The notes under the pieces: generated by a model
The model's input: the letters and a program-made list of their open reading frames with translations, nothing else
Told to the model about the DNA's origin: nothing
Databases searched by the model: none
Position numbers and translations under genes: made by a program
Origin: Leptolyngbyaceae cyanobacterium
Lineage (GTDB): Bacteria > Cyanobacteriota > Cyanobacteriia > Phormidesmidales > Phormidesmidaceae
NCBI GenBank assembly: GCA_965263355.1
Contig: CBDHHL010000032.1
Location: 1,184,001 to 1,248,000, forward strand
Length of the DNA: 64,000 nucleotides
Direction of reading: 5' to 3'
Shown here: piece after piece, positions 1-9,391 of the stretch
Numbering within the stretch: position 1 is the first letter of the stretch
Layout of the letters: every line of letters begins with the position of its first letter

Positions 1-36
1 GTTGCGATCGCAAACTGCACTCAGTTGATGTCTTAT

Positions 37-285
37 CTATGGCTTGACGGCCACCCGTTTGGTCAAAATGGCCATGACTTCATTGGGGCGTCCAGTGGAG
101 ATGGGTTTACTCCAATCGTTAGGCTCAGCGTAGTGTTTTTTGTGCAGGTCTTGGATGGTGAGCCGGACTCCGGTGAGAGTACCAAAGAGTAGATGGCGGA
201 CAGTTTCGTATTGATGCTCGGGCAGTGGGGCAGTGTCAACCAACAATGTGGACGCAGCTGCGCCCTGGGTCGTATCGAGAAACAT
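37..285 (-). CDS. Small conserved cyanobacterial hypothetical protein (ATG at 285 preferred over TTG at 327)
   Basis: ORF with motif HLLFG..GV..TIQDLH..HYAEPNDWS, a pattern I recognise from small cyanobacterial hypotheticals; preceded by a structured leader. Confidence 0.6.
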   Translation of the reverse strand: MFLDTTQGAAASTLLVDTAPLPEHQYETVRHLLFGTLTGVRLTIQDLHKKHYAEPNDWSKPISTGRPNEVMAILTKRVAVKP

Positions 286-339
286 AAGCTTTGGTCTCCA
301 AACAATCGTTTTTAGGGAAGAAACCAAAGCTCAAACTTA

Positions 340-457
340 GCTACCCCAAGAATGGATGCAAACCGGGGTAGCAATAGGATAAAGTATCCCAAGCCTCGGA
401 CTGCCGCAATCAGTCGGGGGTTAGCTGGCGGTTCGGTGTTCTAGCACCTGCCGCCAG
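340..457 (-). promoter_or_regulatory. Three-hairpin structured leader upstream of the small ORF
   Basis: Inverted repeats gctacccc/ggggtagc (340-372), cctcggactg/cagtcggggg (394-420), ctggcgg..ggtg/cacc..ccgccag (425-457). Confidence 0.45.
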
Positions 458-620
458 TGCTAAATATTGAGCTTTGTAGTGGTGCCCCGCAGGGCGTGAG
501 AACTAAAGTACCGCTAAGGTATTTCTGACGTCAAGTAACAAATATTGCAGTTGCTTACAACGCGAATGGACTCTTCACTCTACATCTTGGGTTTTATCAT
601 CCGAGGCAACAAGCTGGCCC

Positions 621-1778
621 ATGTTTGATGCTGTTTGTAAATTCCTGGTCGAAACATTCTCAATTGACTTTGCCACCTGGCTGTTAAGTGAGCCTGTTAC
701 CCTGACTGAACTCAGTCCATCCGAGCTATCCCTGGAACCCATTCGGGCGGATGCGTTGATTTTGTTACAGTCTGAGGAGACAATTCTGCATCTTGAGTTT
801 CAGTGCAGGCCCGATCCGGATATGGCCTTCCGCATGATCGATTATCGATTGCGTGTGTATCGACGCTTTCCTAAAAAATCGATGCGGCAGGTGGTGATTT
901 ATTTACAACCCACTCAATCTGAGGCCGTTTATCAAACGACGTTTGAGATTCCTAACACTCGCCATGAGTTTGAGGTGGTTCGGTTATGGGAACAGCCGTC
1001 ATCGATATTTCTGAGTGCGCCAGGGCTATTACCGTTTACGGTTTTGACCGCAACTGAGGATCGTTCAGAATTACTGCGGCAGGTGGCACGTAAAATTGAG
1101 CTATTGCCTGAGCGTCGTATGCAAAGTAATGTGGCAGCCTCGACGGCAATTTTGGCTGGGTTAATATTGGATAAGGCTCTAATTCAGAGGGTTTTGAGGA
1201 AAGAAATGATGCAAGAATCGGTCATATATCAGGAAATCAAAGCCGAAGGCCGTCAAGAAGGATGGCAGGAAGGTCGTCAAGAAGGATGGCAGGAAGGTCG
1301 GCAGGAAGGTCGGCAGGAAGGTCGGCAGGAAGGTCGACAGGAAGGTCGACAGGAAGGTCGGCAGGAAGGTCGGCAGGAAGGTCGGCAGGAAGGTCGGCAG
1401 GAAGGGGAGGTGCTATTGGTACGGCGGCTCTTGATGCGTCGAGTTGGTCCATTGCCCGAGGCGTTAGGTGAGCAGATTAAGGCGCTGTCTTTGGTGCAGT
1501 TAGAGGGGTTGGGTGAGGCGTTATTGGATTTTTCTGAATTAGCTGATTTAGAGAGGTGGTTGGGCGATCTTCAGACTGGGATAGCTGAGGTTTTAGAGGG
1601 GGTACAGGTGCAGCTGGGTGAGTTGTTGCCTGAGATGATGGCTGAGGTGCAGGCGTTATCGTTGCAGCAGATAGTGGGGTTAAAGGCTGAGTTGGGTAAT
1701 TGGTCTACTGTGAATCAGTTGCAGGCTTGGTTAGAGGAGAGAAAGGCTGAGGAAGAGAGTTTTAAGGATGGTTTTTAG
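621..1778 (+). CDS. Rpn/YhgA-like PD-(D/E)XK nuclease (putative transposase family) with EGRQ linker and C-terminal DUF4351-like domains
   Basis: IRADALILL..ILHLEFQ..RMIDY nuclease core; MQESVIYQEI; EGRQ repeats; C-terminal LEGLGEALLDFSELADLERWL. Confidence 0.9.
   Translation: MFDAVCKFLVETFSIDFATWLLSEPVTLTELSPSELSLEPIRADALILLQSEETILHLEFQCRPDPDMAFRMIDYRLRVYRRFPKKSMRQVVIYLQPTQSEAVYQTTFEIPNTRHEFEVVRLWEQPSSIFLSAPGLLPFTVLTATEDRSELLRQVARKIELLPERRMQSNVAASTAILAGLILDKALIQRVLRKEMMQESVIYQEIKAEGRQEGWQEGRQEGWQEGRQEGRQEGRQEGRQEGRQEGRQEGRQEGRQEGRQEGEVLLVRRLLMRRVGPLPEALGEQIKALSLVQLEGLGEALLDFSELADLERWLGDLQTGIAEVLEGVQVQLGELLPEMMAEVQALSLQQIVGLKAELGNWSTVNQLQAWLEERKAEEESFKDGF
1245..1406 (+). repeat. 12-bp coding tandem repeat (gaaggtcggcag-type), 13 units encoding EG(R/W)Q
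   Basis: Read directly in sequence and translation. Confidence 0.95.
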
Positions 1779-1793
1779 GGGGACTGCGATCGC

Positions 1794-2130
1794 AACCACA
1801 GCAATATCTGAGGTCGGTTTGGAGCTATTAAAAGAAGTCACCGTGACCAGTGCGACTGGACTAAGCTCAGCTCGCATTTTTCAAGATGCCAAAATTTCAT
1901 TGTGTGGGCGGCAAGGAACCTTCGAATGTTTGGAATTACCGGGCGGGCGGGAGCCATTGATTGGCGCTATTCCTCTAGAAGCCCTGGGCCTTGAGTTAGA
2001 TTTACAAAAACAAACGCTAAAGGCATTACCATCGGAATCCTGGGATACGTATTTGACAATTACGATTCAATCTCCTACATTTCCAGAACTGAACCAAACG
2101 GTTGAAAAAATCCTAAATGGCTATATCTGA
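1794..2130 (+). pseudogene. N-terminally truncated clan-AA aspartyl protease fused to a Uma2-like C-terminal remnant
   Basis: GLELLKEV..ARIFQDAKISLCGRQGTFECLELPGG..LIGAIPLEALGLELD with no catalytic DTG motif; begins at the HIP1 site 1786-1793; tail IQSPTFPELNQTVEKIL resembles Uma2 C-termini. Confidence 0.65.
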
Positions 2131-2246
2131 AGCGTTCCATTCTTGATAGAGAATTTGCTAAAAACCTAAAGCTGACTTTAAGCAGACCCCAACTTAGCTA
2201 GGATCTTCAGTACCCTTGGGACCATACTAAAAATAGGGAATAGCGT

Positions 2247-3200
2247 ATGAAATGGCGTCAGACGATGAAAGGGATTATTTTAGCCAGTTTAGGCGCTTTT
2301 GCCATAGGCACTGTCCCCTCTGCCATTGCCCAGACAGATGAGCAGCCACCAACGGCCCGTTATGCCGCTGGCGACGATGTGGATTTGGCCCTTATCATTA
2401 CCGAATGGAAAGGGCTTATGCCGAATATTCCGGTATTTTCTTGTATTTGTCAGGCTGATAGTTGCGACCATAGTGAACGTTGGCCGTTTCGCAATTATGA
2501 CCGGTATCAACAGACCGTCTCTTTGGGAGACTTTAATCGGGATTACACAGAGAGTTTAGGCTTTAATTGCTTTAATATCGAGACAGAGAAAAGGGACAAT
2601 CAGGCACCGGAGATGCCAACAGAGATAACTGAATCAGAACTGCCCAAGGACGATAACACCCTTGACTCACTCACAGCCTCTGTCTCAGACGACAACACAG
2701 GCTTGATTTTAACCTGGCCAGATGCTCAAACCAACACTATCGATGTCAGAAGCTGGAAGGTCACCCTGTTGGATGCGCTGGATTGTGAAACGGCGACCCT
2801 AGTACCTGAAAAGATAGTGAATGCTCGCCGTATTGTGGGTACTCCTATGGTGGATCCATTGACTGATAATGTTGCAGTTCCTGTACTGCTAGAAGATTGT
2901 TTTGACAGCCAACAAACCGCTGTGTTTGTTGTTAACTCTGAGGGTGCAGAGACCTATGCCCTATATCGAGTTCAGGTACCGGGCGAACGGGAATTTCCCA
3001 ATGAATTTTCTAGCTATGGATTAAATGAGATTGGCGGGTTACGATACTGGAATTCTACTCTGATAGTGCGTCATGGTTCTGCCTCGGGAGCAGAGGCGTT
3101 ATTGGTGTTTCGACCGGATATTACCCCGGCGGGTAGGTTTGTTAGCTGTGGGCTTTTGAATATCCGAGAAGGGGCCGATCGACTGTGTCCATCAGACTAG
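2247..3200 (+). CDS. Hypothetical exported protein
   Basis: 317-aa ORF with N-terminal signal-peptide-like hydrophobic stretch ending AIA-Q and several Cys. Confidence 0.7.
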   Translation: MKWRQTMKGIILASLGAFAIGTVPSAIAQTDEQPPTARYAAGDDVDLALIITEWKGLMPNIPVFSCICQADSCDHSERWPFRNYDRYQQTVSLGDFNRDYTESLGFNCFNIETEKRDNQAPEMPTEITESELPKDDNTLDSLTASVSDDNTGLILTWPDAQTNTIDVRSWKVTLLDALDCETATLVPEKIVNARRIVGTPMVDPLTDNVAVPVLLEDCFDSQQTAVFVVNSEGAETYALYRVQVPGEREFPNEFSSYGLNEIGGLRYWNSTLIVRHGSASGAEALLVFRPDITPAGRFVSCGLLNIREGADRLCPSD

Positions 3201-3817
3201 TAGGTATCACTATCCCGCTGTCGCAGATAGTTTAAGACAGTTTCGCGAGACGCTAAATCTCCTTTTTTTCCGTACTTATCAATCCGCTCTTGTTCTCCAT
3301 AGATTAGCTCGTAGCATTTGCCTTGTAGCGTTCCTTGGGAATGCATCACCGTCGCTTGCCAATCGACCGCCATGCCGGGGGCACTGTAAATTCTCAAGGT
3401 TGGATAGTCTACTAAGGCAACGGTAATTAACGTCATCATCGCGCGCTGCTGATGGAATGGCACACTGACGACGAGTAAAGATGTCACCCCTTGGGTCTTG
3501 GCATGTCGCACTGTGGCACGGGCTTCAATCAGGGTATTTAAGTTTTCTGTGGATTCTGGTGGGACTGATGTTAAGAGGGTTGGTGAAAGATAGGTGGCTA
3601 TGCGATCGCACCACGCCGTTTTCCCCGGATAGCCACACAGTGCCTCTGTGCCTGGGAGCCAAATTGCAGAGGTTTGCCCCTGATCCACCAGCAGTTTAGC
3701 CCGTTGAAATACCGCCCCCTCGTTATCTGACGTTTGACCAAAAATATAGGCAGCTTCACAAGACGCAGGCAATGGATCACAAAAAATACGATGGAGCAAT
3801 TCTTCTGATTCAAACAT
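3197..3817 (-). CDS. YdcF/DUF218 family protein
   Basis: NTLIEA..V and LLVVSVPFHQQRAMM motifs typical of DUF218. Confidence 0.75.
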   Translation of the reverse strand: MFESEELLHRIFCDPLPASCEAAYIFGQTSDNEGAVFQRAKLLVDQGQTSAIWLPGTEALCGYPGKTAWCDRIATYLSPTLLTSVPPESTENLNTLIEARATVRHAKTQGVTSLLVVSVPFHQQRAMMTLITVALVDYPTLRIYSAPGMAVDWQATVMHSQGTLQGKCYELIYGEQERIDKYGKKGDLASRETVLNYLRQRDSDTY

Positions 3818-3948
3818 AGTTAGGCTGGTTCAAGGATCTGGACAGAAACAAAGCCCCAGGTGATAAGGGGCAATGGGCAGTGGGCCGTAGACAATTGCCC
3901 CGTAAAATTGATGGACATGCCCAATGGGTACCACTGGTACAGATTATG

Positions 3949-4374
3949 GGGGGACTCTGGTTTATTTGCGCCAATAAAGTAGGTCCTGGACATATTCACC
4001 ATTTGGACTATGACAAAATTCAGCTGGGTGCCTATAGCGCGATCAACCGACAGCGGGAGCTAATAACAGCCATGCAAGCGATTGCCGATGACTTTCAAAG
4101 GGCAAACATTCCTATTAATGGTACCAACGATCTATCTATGGCTCGCTGGCGCAAACTAGTGTGGAATGTGCCCTACAACGGTCTATCGGTGGTCCTAGAT
4201 GCCACCACAAAAATGAAGCCATATCGGACCAGTATGAAAATTGATTTTGATCAGGGACGACCGTTGGAAGTAGACGCTATTTTGGCCAACCCGATCAGGG
4301 CAGCCGCTGAGCTAGGTGTCGCAGTGCCGACCATGGAAAAGCTATATGGACAGTTAAAAGCACTGTCAACTTAA
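3949..4374 (+). pseudogene. panE: 2-dehydropantoate 2-reductase remnant (N-terminus missing, internal deletion)
   Basis: GGLWFICANKVGPGHIHHLDY, RWRKLVWNVPYNGLSVVL, YRTSMKIDFDQGRPLEVDAI; no Rossmann N-terminus; DATT joins directly to KMKPY. Confidence 0.75.
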
Positions 4375-4575
4375 TCTGCCCTTTACAGGGGTTTACACGA
4401 GCAAATAAGCTGCTAACTGTGGATCAATCACCCTGTCCAGGGGGTGATCGCAGCAGCTACGGCCATCGGTTGAGCTGATTTGCAGAGAACTCCTGATGCA
4501 TTGATACCCTGCTTGGTAGGCTGTGCCCCCTGCCGACCGATTATCCAGAAGACGATCCTCTCTTTGCGAACAGCA

Positions 4576-4644
4576 TAAACCCTTTTATAAAGGGCGCTTA
4601 AACCCTTTTATAAAGGGCGCTTAAACCCTTTAGAAAAGGGCGTT
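4576..4644. repeat. 3 x 23-bp tandem repeat with palindromic core (taaacccttttataaagggcgct)
   Basis: Two identical units and one variant (taaaccctttagaaaagggcgtt); each contains cccttt-N3-aaaggg. Confidence 0.9.
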
Positions 4645-4666
4645 TACTTTATCTGAAGTTACAATT

Positions 4667-6097
4667 TTGAATCAATTTTTGACCAGTATTGACTACGTTT
4701 TTGACCTTTGGGTAACCCTGCTCGAGCACACCTTATTTTTTAAGCTGTGGAATATGCCACTGATTGTGTTGTGGTTGATAGGAGGCTCAGTCTATCTCAC
4801 ATTACGGATGGGGTTTATTAATGTGTGGGGATTGGGCCATAGCCTGGCAATACTGCGAGGTGACTATGATGACCCAGAGGAAGTGGGTGAGGTGAGTCAC
4901 TTTCAGGCATTAGCAACGGCGATGTCAGCAACGGTGGGTTTGGGGAATATTGCCGGGGTTGCGATCGCAATCCAAATCGGTGGCCCCGGTGCAGTCCTCT
5001 GGATAAGTCTATCCGGGCTACTGGGTATGACCACAAAATTTACCGAATGTACCCTGGCCCAGCAATATCGCCTGGTTAAGGATGACGGTCAAGTCCTGGG
5101 TGGCCCCATGTATTACATCAGTCTGGGGTTGGCCGAACGTGGACTTAAGCCCATCGGTCAACTACTCGCAGGCACTTTCGCCGTCCTCTGTATGATGAGT
5201 GCCGTGGGGGGTGGCAACATGTTCCAAGCCAATCAATCCAGCATGGCGTTTGCCCTATTGGGAGAGCATTTGCATTGGCAATGGCTCAGTCATCCCCAAA
5301 CCTATGGTCTGATCCTGGCCCTGGCCGTCGCTGCTGTGATCATTGGTGGCCTGCAGCGCATCGCTCAAGTCGCCTCAGCCATTGTCCCAACAATGGTGGG
5401 CCTATATCTTATCGCCGCGCTCTGGATTGTGTGCCATCACCTGAGCGAAGTGCCCTTTGCAATTGGGCAAATCTGGCATTCGGCCTGGCATCCAGATGCT
5501 ATAGAAGGTGGCATTATTGGTGTTATGGCCCAGGGACTGCAGCGCGGCGTCTTTTCCAATGGGGCAGGCACTGGCGCAGCTTCCATTGCCCATGCCACCA
5601 CCAAAAATCCTGAACCTATTCGCGAAGGTATTGTCGCCCTACTAGAACCGCTGATTGACACTGTCGTCATCTGTAACTTAACAGCGCTGGTTTGCCTACT
5701 GACAGGTGTGTACCAGCCCGGTAATGTGTTCAATGGCATTGAACTCACGACCACCGCCTTTGCGACCGAAATACCAATAATGACCTGGGGTTTGGCCATT
5801 ATTGTTTGTCTATTTAGTTTTTCGACGATTATTGCCTGTTTTTACTATGGTGAAGCCTGCTGGCGATATCTTTTCGACGAACGTGGGCTGTTAGCGTACA
5901 AACTTATTTTCATCCTGGGTAGTTTTGTCGGCACTGTGATTAGCTTGGATGCTGTCGTGCGCTTTAGTGACACCATGGTCTTTGCCATGGGGATTCCCAA
6001 TATGCTAGGGCTACTTTTGCTATCAAACCAGGTCGCTTTTAGCTTAAATACCTACTGGCGGCAAACATTTACAAACAAAATTCTGACCCAGGAGTAA
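4667..6097 (+). CDS. Alanine/glycine:cation symporter (AGCS family)
   Basis: SHFQALATAMSATVGLGNIAGVAIAI..GGPGA; GGPMYYI; GNMFQAN; many TM segments. Confidence 0.92.
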   Translation: MNQFLTSIDYVFDLWVTLLEHTLFFKLWNMPLIVLWLIGGSVYLTLRMGFINVWGLGHSLAILRGDYDDPEEVGEVSHFQALATAMSATVGLGNIAGVAIAIQIGGPGAVLWISLSGLLGMTTKFTECTLAQQYRLVKDDGQVLGGPMYYISLGLAERGLKPIGQLLAGTFAVLCMMSAVGGGNMFQANQSSMAFALLGEHLHWQWLSHPQTYGLILALAVAAVIIGGLQRIAQVASAIVPTMVGLYLIAALWIVCHHLSEVPFAIGQIWHSAWHPDAIEGGIIGVMAQGLQRGVFSNGAGTGAASIAHATTKNPEPIREGIVALLEPLIDTVVICNLTALVCLLTGVYQPGNVFNGIELTTTAFATEIPIMTWGLAIIVCLFSFSTIIACFYYGEACWRYLFDERGLLAYKLIFILGSFVGTVISLDAVVRFSDTMVFAMGIPNMLGLLLLSNQVAFSLNTYWRQTFTNKILTQE

Positions 6098-6170
6098 CAC
6101 TTTTTGCAAATCAGTGTAATCTATAGGCAACTTTTGGCCGGTAGTCCCCCTACGAGTTTTTGAACAATCC

Positions 6171-7055
6171 ATGGGCAGCGATGTTTTAATTTTGACAATC
6201 TATTTTTTGGTAGTGATTTACGTGCTCTACCAAATGGCGCTATCCGTAGAAAACTCGCTGGAAAACAAACTCAAGGTTGATCTTAATCAGGACCTATTGC
6301 TCGATCAGATCAATCAACAGTTGCAGCAACTGCCAGACCCTCAGCAGATTACGGCCCAGGTGGAAGAGTTAAAGATCGAGGGCAAAAAACTACCGCCTCA
6401 GCTAGCCCTCACCGTTACTTCTAGGCTTAATCCTCAGCAAAAACGTAAGGTCGTTGCCAAGGTTGGCCCCATGGGGAAAATGCCCATGGGTGAGTCACTT
6501 ATGGCCCTGGATGTCACCATTGTCAATACCACTAGCGACGCTCAGGTCTTTATCGATTGGGATAAGAGTTCTGTAACTGCAGGCACGACTCGACAGACAC
6601 AACGGGTCGTGCGTTCAGGTATTCCTATTAGTGGTGATTTATCGCGGTCTCAAGTTTTAAGTGTAATTAACCCAGGCGAAGTCTTTTCTACCAAAGTTAC
6701 CGGGGAAAATCGTCTCAGTCTCGATGCTGAAACACGCACCTTAAAGCCTGGCAGACCGTTGATCAATATGCAGGAGGTGGCTAACTATATTTCAATCTTT
6801 ATGGAGGGGCCTGAAGACGACGAGGAGATTCCCCCCATCATGGCCTATAGTTTAGGGCTGATGATCGGCATCCGCCAGATTACCCACGACCAGACAAACC
6901 ATACGGCCTATCTACTATTACCGTTTGCCTTTCAGGCGGTCTTACTACCGGATGAGATTGCCTTTCCCCCCCTACGCTGGCTGCTCAAGCGTCCCCGACC
7001 AGCCAATGCCCGTGATGCTATCAGCACTCTAATTTTGGGTCGCCCGAGACTATAA
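6171..7055 (+). CDS. Hypothetical protein with N-terminal membrane anchor
   Basis: 294-aa ORF, hydrophobic N-terminal helix. Confidence 0.7.
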   Translation: MGSDVLILTIYFLVVIYVLYQMALSVENSLENKLKVDLNQDLLLDQINQQLQQLPDPQQITAQVEELKIEGKKLPPQLALTVTSRLNPQQKRKVVAKVGPMGKMPMGESLMALDVTIVNTTSDAQVFIDWDKSSVTAGTTRQTQRVVRSGIPISGDLSRSQVLSVINPGEVFSTKVTGENRLSLDAETRTLKPGRPLINMQEVANYISIFMEGPEDDEEIPPIMAYSLGLMIGIRQITHDQTNHTAYLLLPFAFQAVLLPDEIAFPPLRWLLKRPRPANARDAISTLILGRPRL

Positions 7056-8100
7056 GTAGTTTCAATCGGGTACTAAACTTGAGCCGGGAAATTTCGGTTA
7101 AGTCGGAATTCGCAAAGGGAGTGCATTCCGTTAGGTCATAGGTCAGGGTTTCAGGACTGTGGTTGCGATCGCAGTGGTAAATCCATTGACCTACAGCCTT
7201 TGTCCATCAACACAGATAGTTGTGCGCCCTCAACTCAGAAATCATAAATGCATAGACAAGCTGTAACAAATCAGCCCCTCACCGAAAATATTATAATTCT
7301 GACCCTAAACAGATTTAAGCTTACGTCTTTACCTAAATACAACTAATGTTTTATTTGTACAACACTAGTAAAAATACGGTATTTACATACGGAGTATAGT
7401 ACACAGGCATTTATTACTAGCACCCATTGAAAACCCTATATATTCCATCAAAATAAATTGATTAAAACTCAAAAGCCCTGTTCTTATAAGGTTCCCAAAA
7501 AATACCAATTTATACTGAGTTTTCTTGATGAGAACTCCCCTATGATTTGGACTAGATAGTTACAGGCTACTGAAATGCCCCCGCAGTATGTCTGAAGTAT
7601 CCATCATCTGGGTTTAGTGAAGCATATTAGTCATAAACGGCTGATTGGCTTATAAAAGTAATCTTCTCATTCATCGTCAGAGTCTTAATTTTATCTACTT
7701 CTATCTTAAGTAGCGTCGATTGGTGCTGCTACCGACATGTTGAATTCGTGTCAATCTCTCAAACTAGCATTACGTCAAGTTCAAAACTTTCGATAGGGCA
7801 GTAAGTGGTGATCTTATCCTAAGTTTATCAAAGGTTGGTGAGTAGTATCTCATAGATAACAGTTATCTTATCAATCACCTCTTACACCCTAAGACTGGAA
7901 CTTGACAGACTACGGATGGAGAAAAACGCATCTAGATTGAAACCTGTCTTGCTTTTACGGTGGAATAGCCGTTATGTAGGCACACCAAGGGTTTAATACT
8001 GTCAGGGAACAAGCAAAAAAGCGCATTTGGACTCAGGTCCACGGCCAACCTTGGCCGCTACTATCCCGTTATCCTCGCTGCCAAATTTTGGATAGTTTTT

Positions 8101-9249
8101 ATGACTGCTACACTTCTTTCCCCAAAAAACACAACCACAGTAAAGCCGTCGATTACTATTATTGTCTCTCCACGAGAAAATTTTAGCTACACAAAGCAGG
8201 CTCTAGAAAGTATATATAAACATACGCGTGTATCATTTGAGTTGGTGTATGTTGATACTGGTTCTCCGAGACATATCCAAAAGTATCTAGTTAGGGCAGC
8301 TGCCCAGAAAGGGTTTACTCTCCTGCGCACGGATCATTTCCTCTCTCCTAATCAAGCGCGAAACCTGGGCCTTAGCCAAGCTACCACAGATTATGTTGTT
8401 TTTATCGACAACGATATTCATGTTTCACCCGGCTGGTTAGAGCACCTTTGGTACTGTGCTAAAGATACCAACGCTGCAGTAGTTTCACCCCTTATCTGTA
8501 TTGGCAAACCACTGCATGATCGAATTCATTTAGCAGGAGGAGAAGCCAGAATTTTTATGGATATTAAGGGTGCTTATATCCGTCGTCGTCTCTATGAGAA
8601 ACGATTTCTGGTCAATCGTTCCGTCGCTACTATCAAACATCAGCTCCATAGACGCTCCTGCGAATTTACAGAATTAAACTGCACCCTGGTTAAACGTGAT
8701 ATCTTCAAACAAATTGGTTCTTTAGATGAAAATCTATTCAGCTCTCAAGAGGGCATGGACTTTTCTCTGAGTGTCAACCAGGTTAAGGGGCAGATGTTTT
8801 GCGAGCCAGCTGCAGTTGTCACCCATGTTCCACAGACTTCCTATCGCTGGGCTGATCTAGCATATTTTATGCTGCGCTGGAGTGACACCTGGGAAGTAGA
8901 AAGTCTGATGCACTTTCAAAACAAATGGGACTTAGATATGGATCACTATTTTTTAAAGCGTTACAAACGGCTAGGCCATCGTCGTCATCAGGCATTTCTA
9001 TATCCGCTTCTACGTCAGTTGACCAGAGGTCGTGACATTTCTTGGCTAAAGAATATTGCCATTCAACTAGAACAGTGGCTAAACCAAATAGTTACAGACC
9101 GCTACGCTCAGCTACCCTGCCACACTGTCAAAAAGTTCACCCCTGCCTTATCCACTCCCTACAAAGCTCCTGAAAAAAAAGCATTAGAATGGTCAATCCT
9201 AAACAAACATAACCATCGGCGACTTCACCCTCATCTAATGCTCCATTAG
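8101..9249 (+). CDS. Glycosyltransferase family 2
   Basis: SITIIVSPRE..ALESIY, YVDTGS, ARNLGL, VVFIDND (DxD). Confidence 0.9.
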   Translation: MTATLLSPKNTTTVKPSITIIVSPRENFSYTKQALESIYKHTRVSFELVYVDTGSPRHIQKYLVRAAAQKGFTLLRTDHFLSPNQARNLGLSQATTDYVVFIDNDIHVSPGWLEHLWYCAKDTNAAVVSPLICIGKPLHDRIHLAGGEARIFMDIKGAYIRRRLYEKRFLVNRSVATIKHQLHRRSCEFTELNCTLVKRDIFKQIGSLDENLFSSQEGMDFSLSVNQVKGQMFCEPAAVVTHVPQTSYRWADLAYFMLRWSDTWEVESLMHFQNKWDLDMDHYFLKRYKRLGHRRHQAFLYPLLRQLTRGRDISWLKNIAIQLEQWLNQIVTDRYAQLPCHTVKKFTPALSTPYKAPEKKALEWSILNKHNHRRLHPHLMLH

Positions 9250-9391
9250 ACATCATTAAGCTGTCGTTAAAACGACTATAGAAATACCTAAACCACTCTA
9301 AAGACTTATTTTTCCTTGATTACATAGGAAAAATTCTCTTTCCCTCGGCCATATCGTTTGTGCTGGACGTGGGCAACACTGACCTGCATGT

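Noticed and set aside
1237..1471. ORFs 1237-1452 (-) and 1262-1471 (+)
   Set aside because: Alternative-frame readings of the 12-bp repeat.
4375..4575. Glycine riboswitch upstream of the alanine/glycine symporter
   Set aside because: Conserved GGAGA..CCGAAG..CUCUCAGG elements not found.
4576..4644. CRISPR array
   Set aside because: Units are contiguous with no unique spacers, and there are no cas genes.
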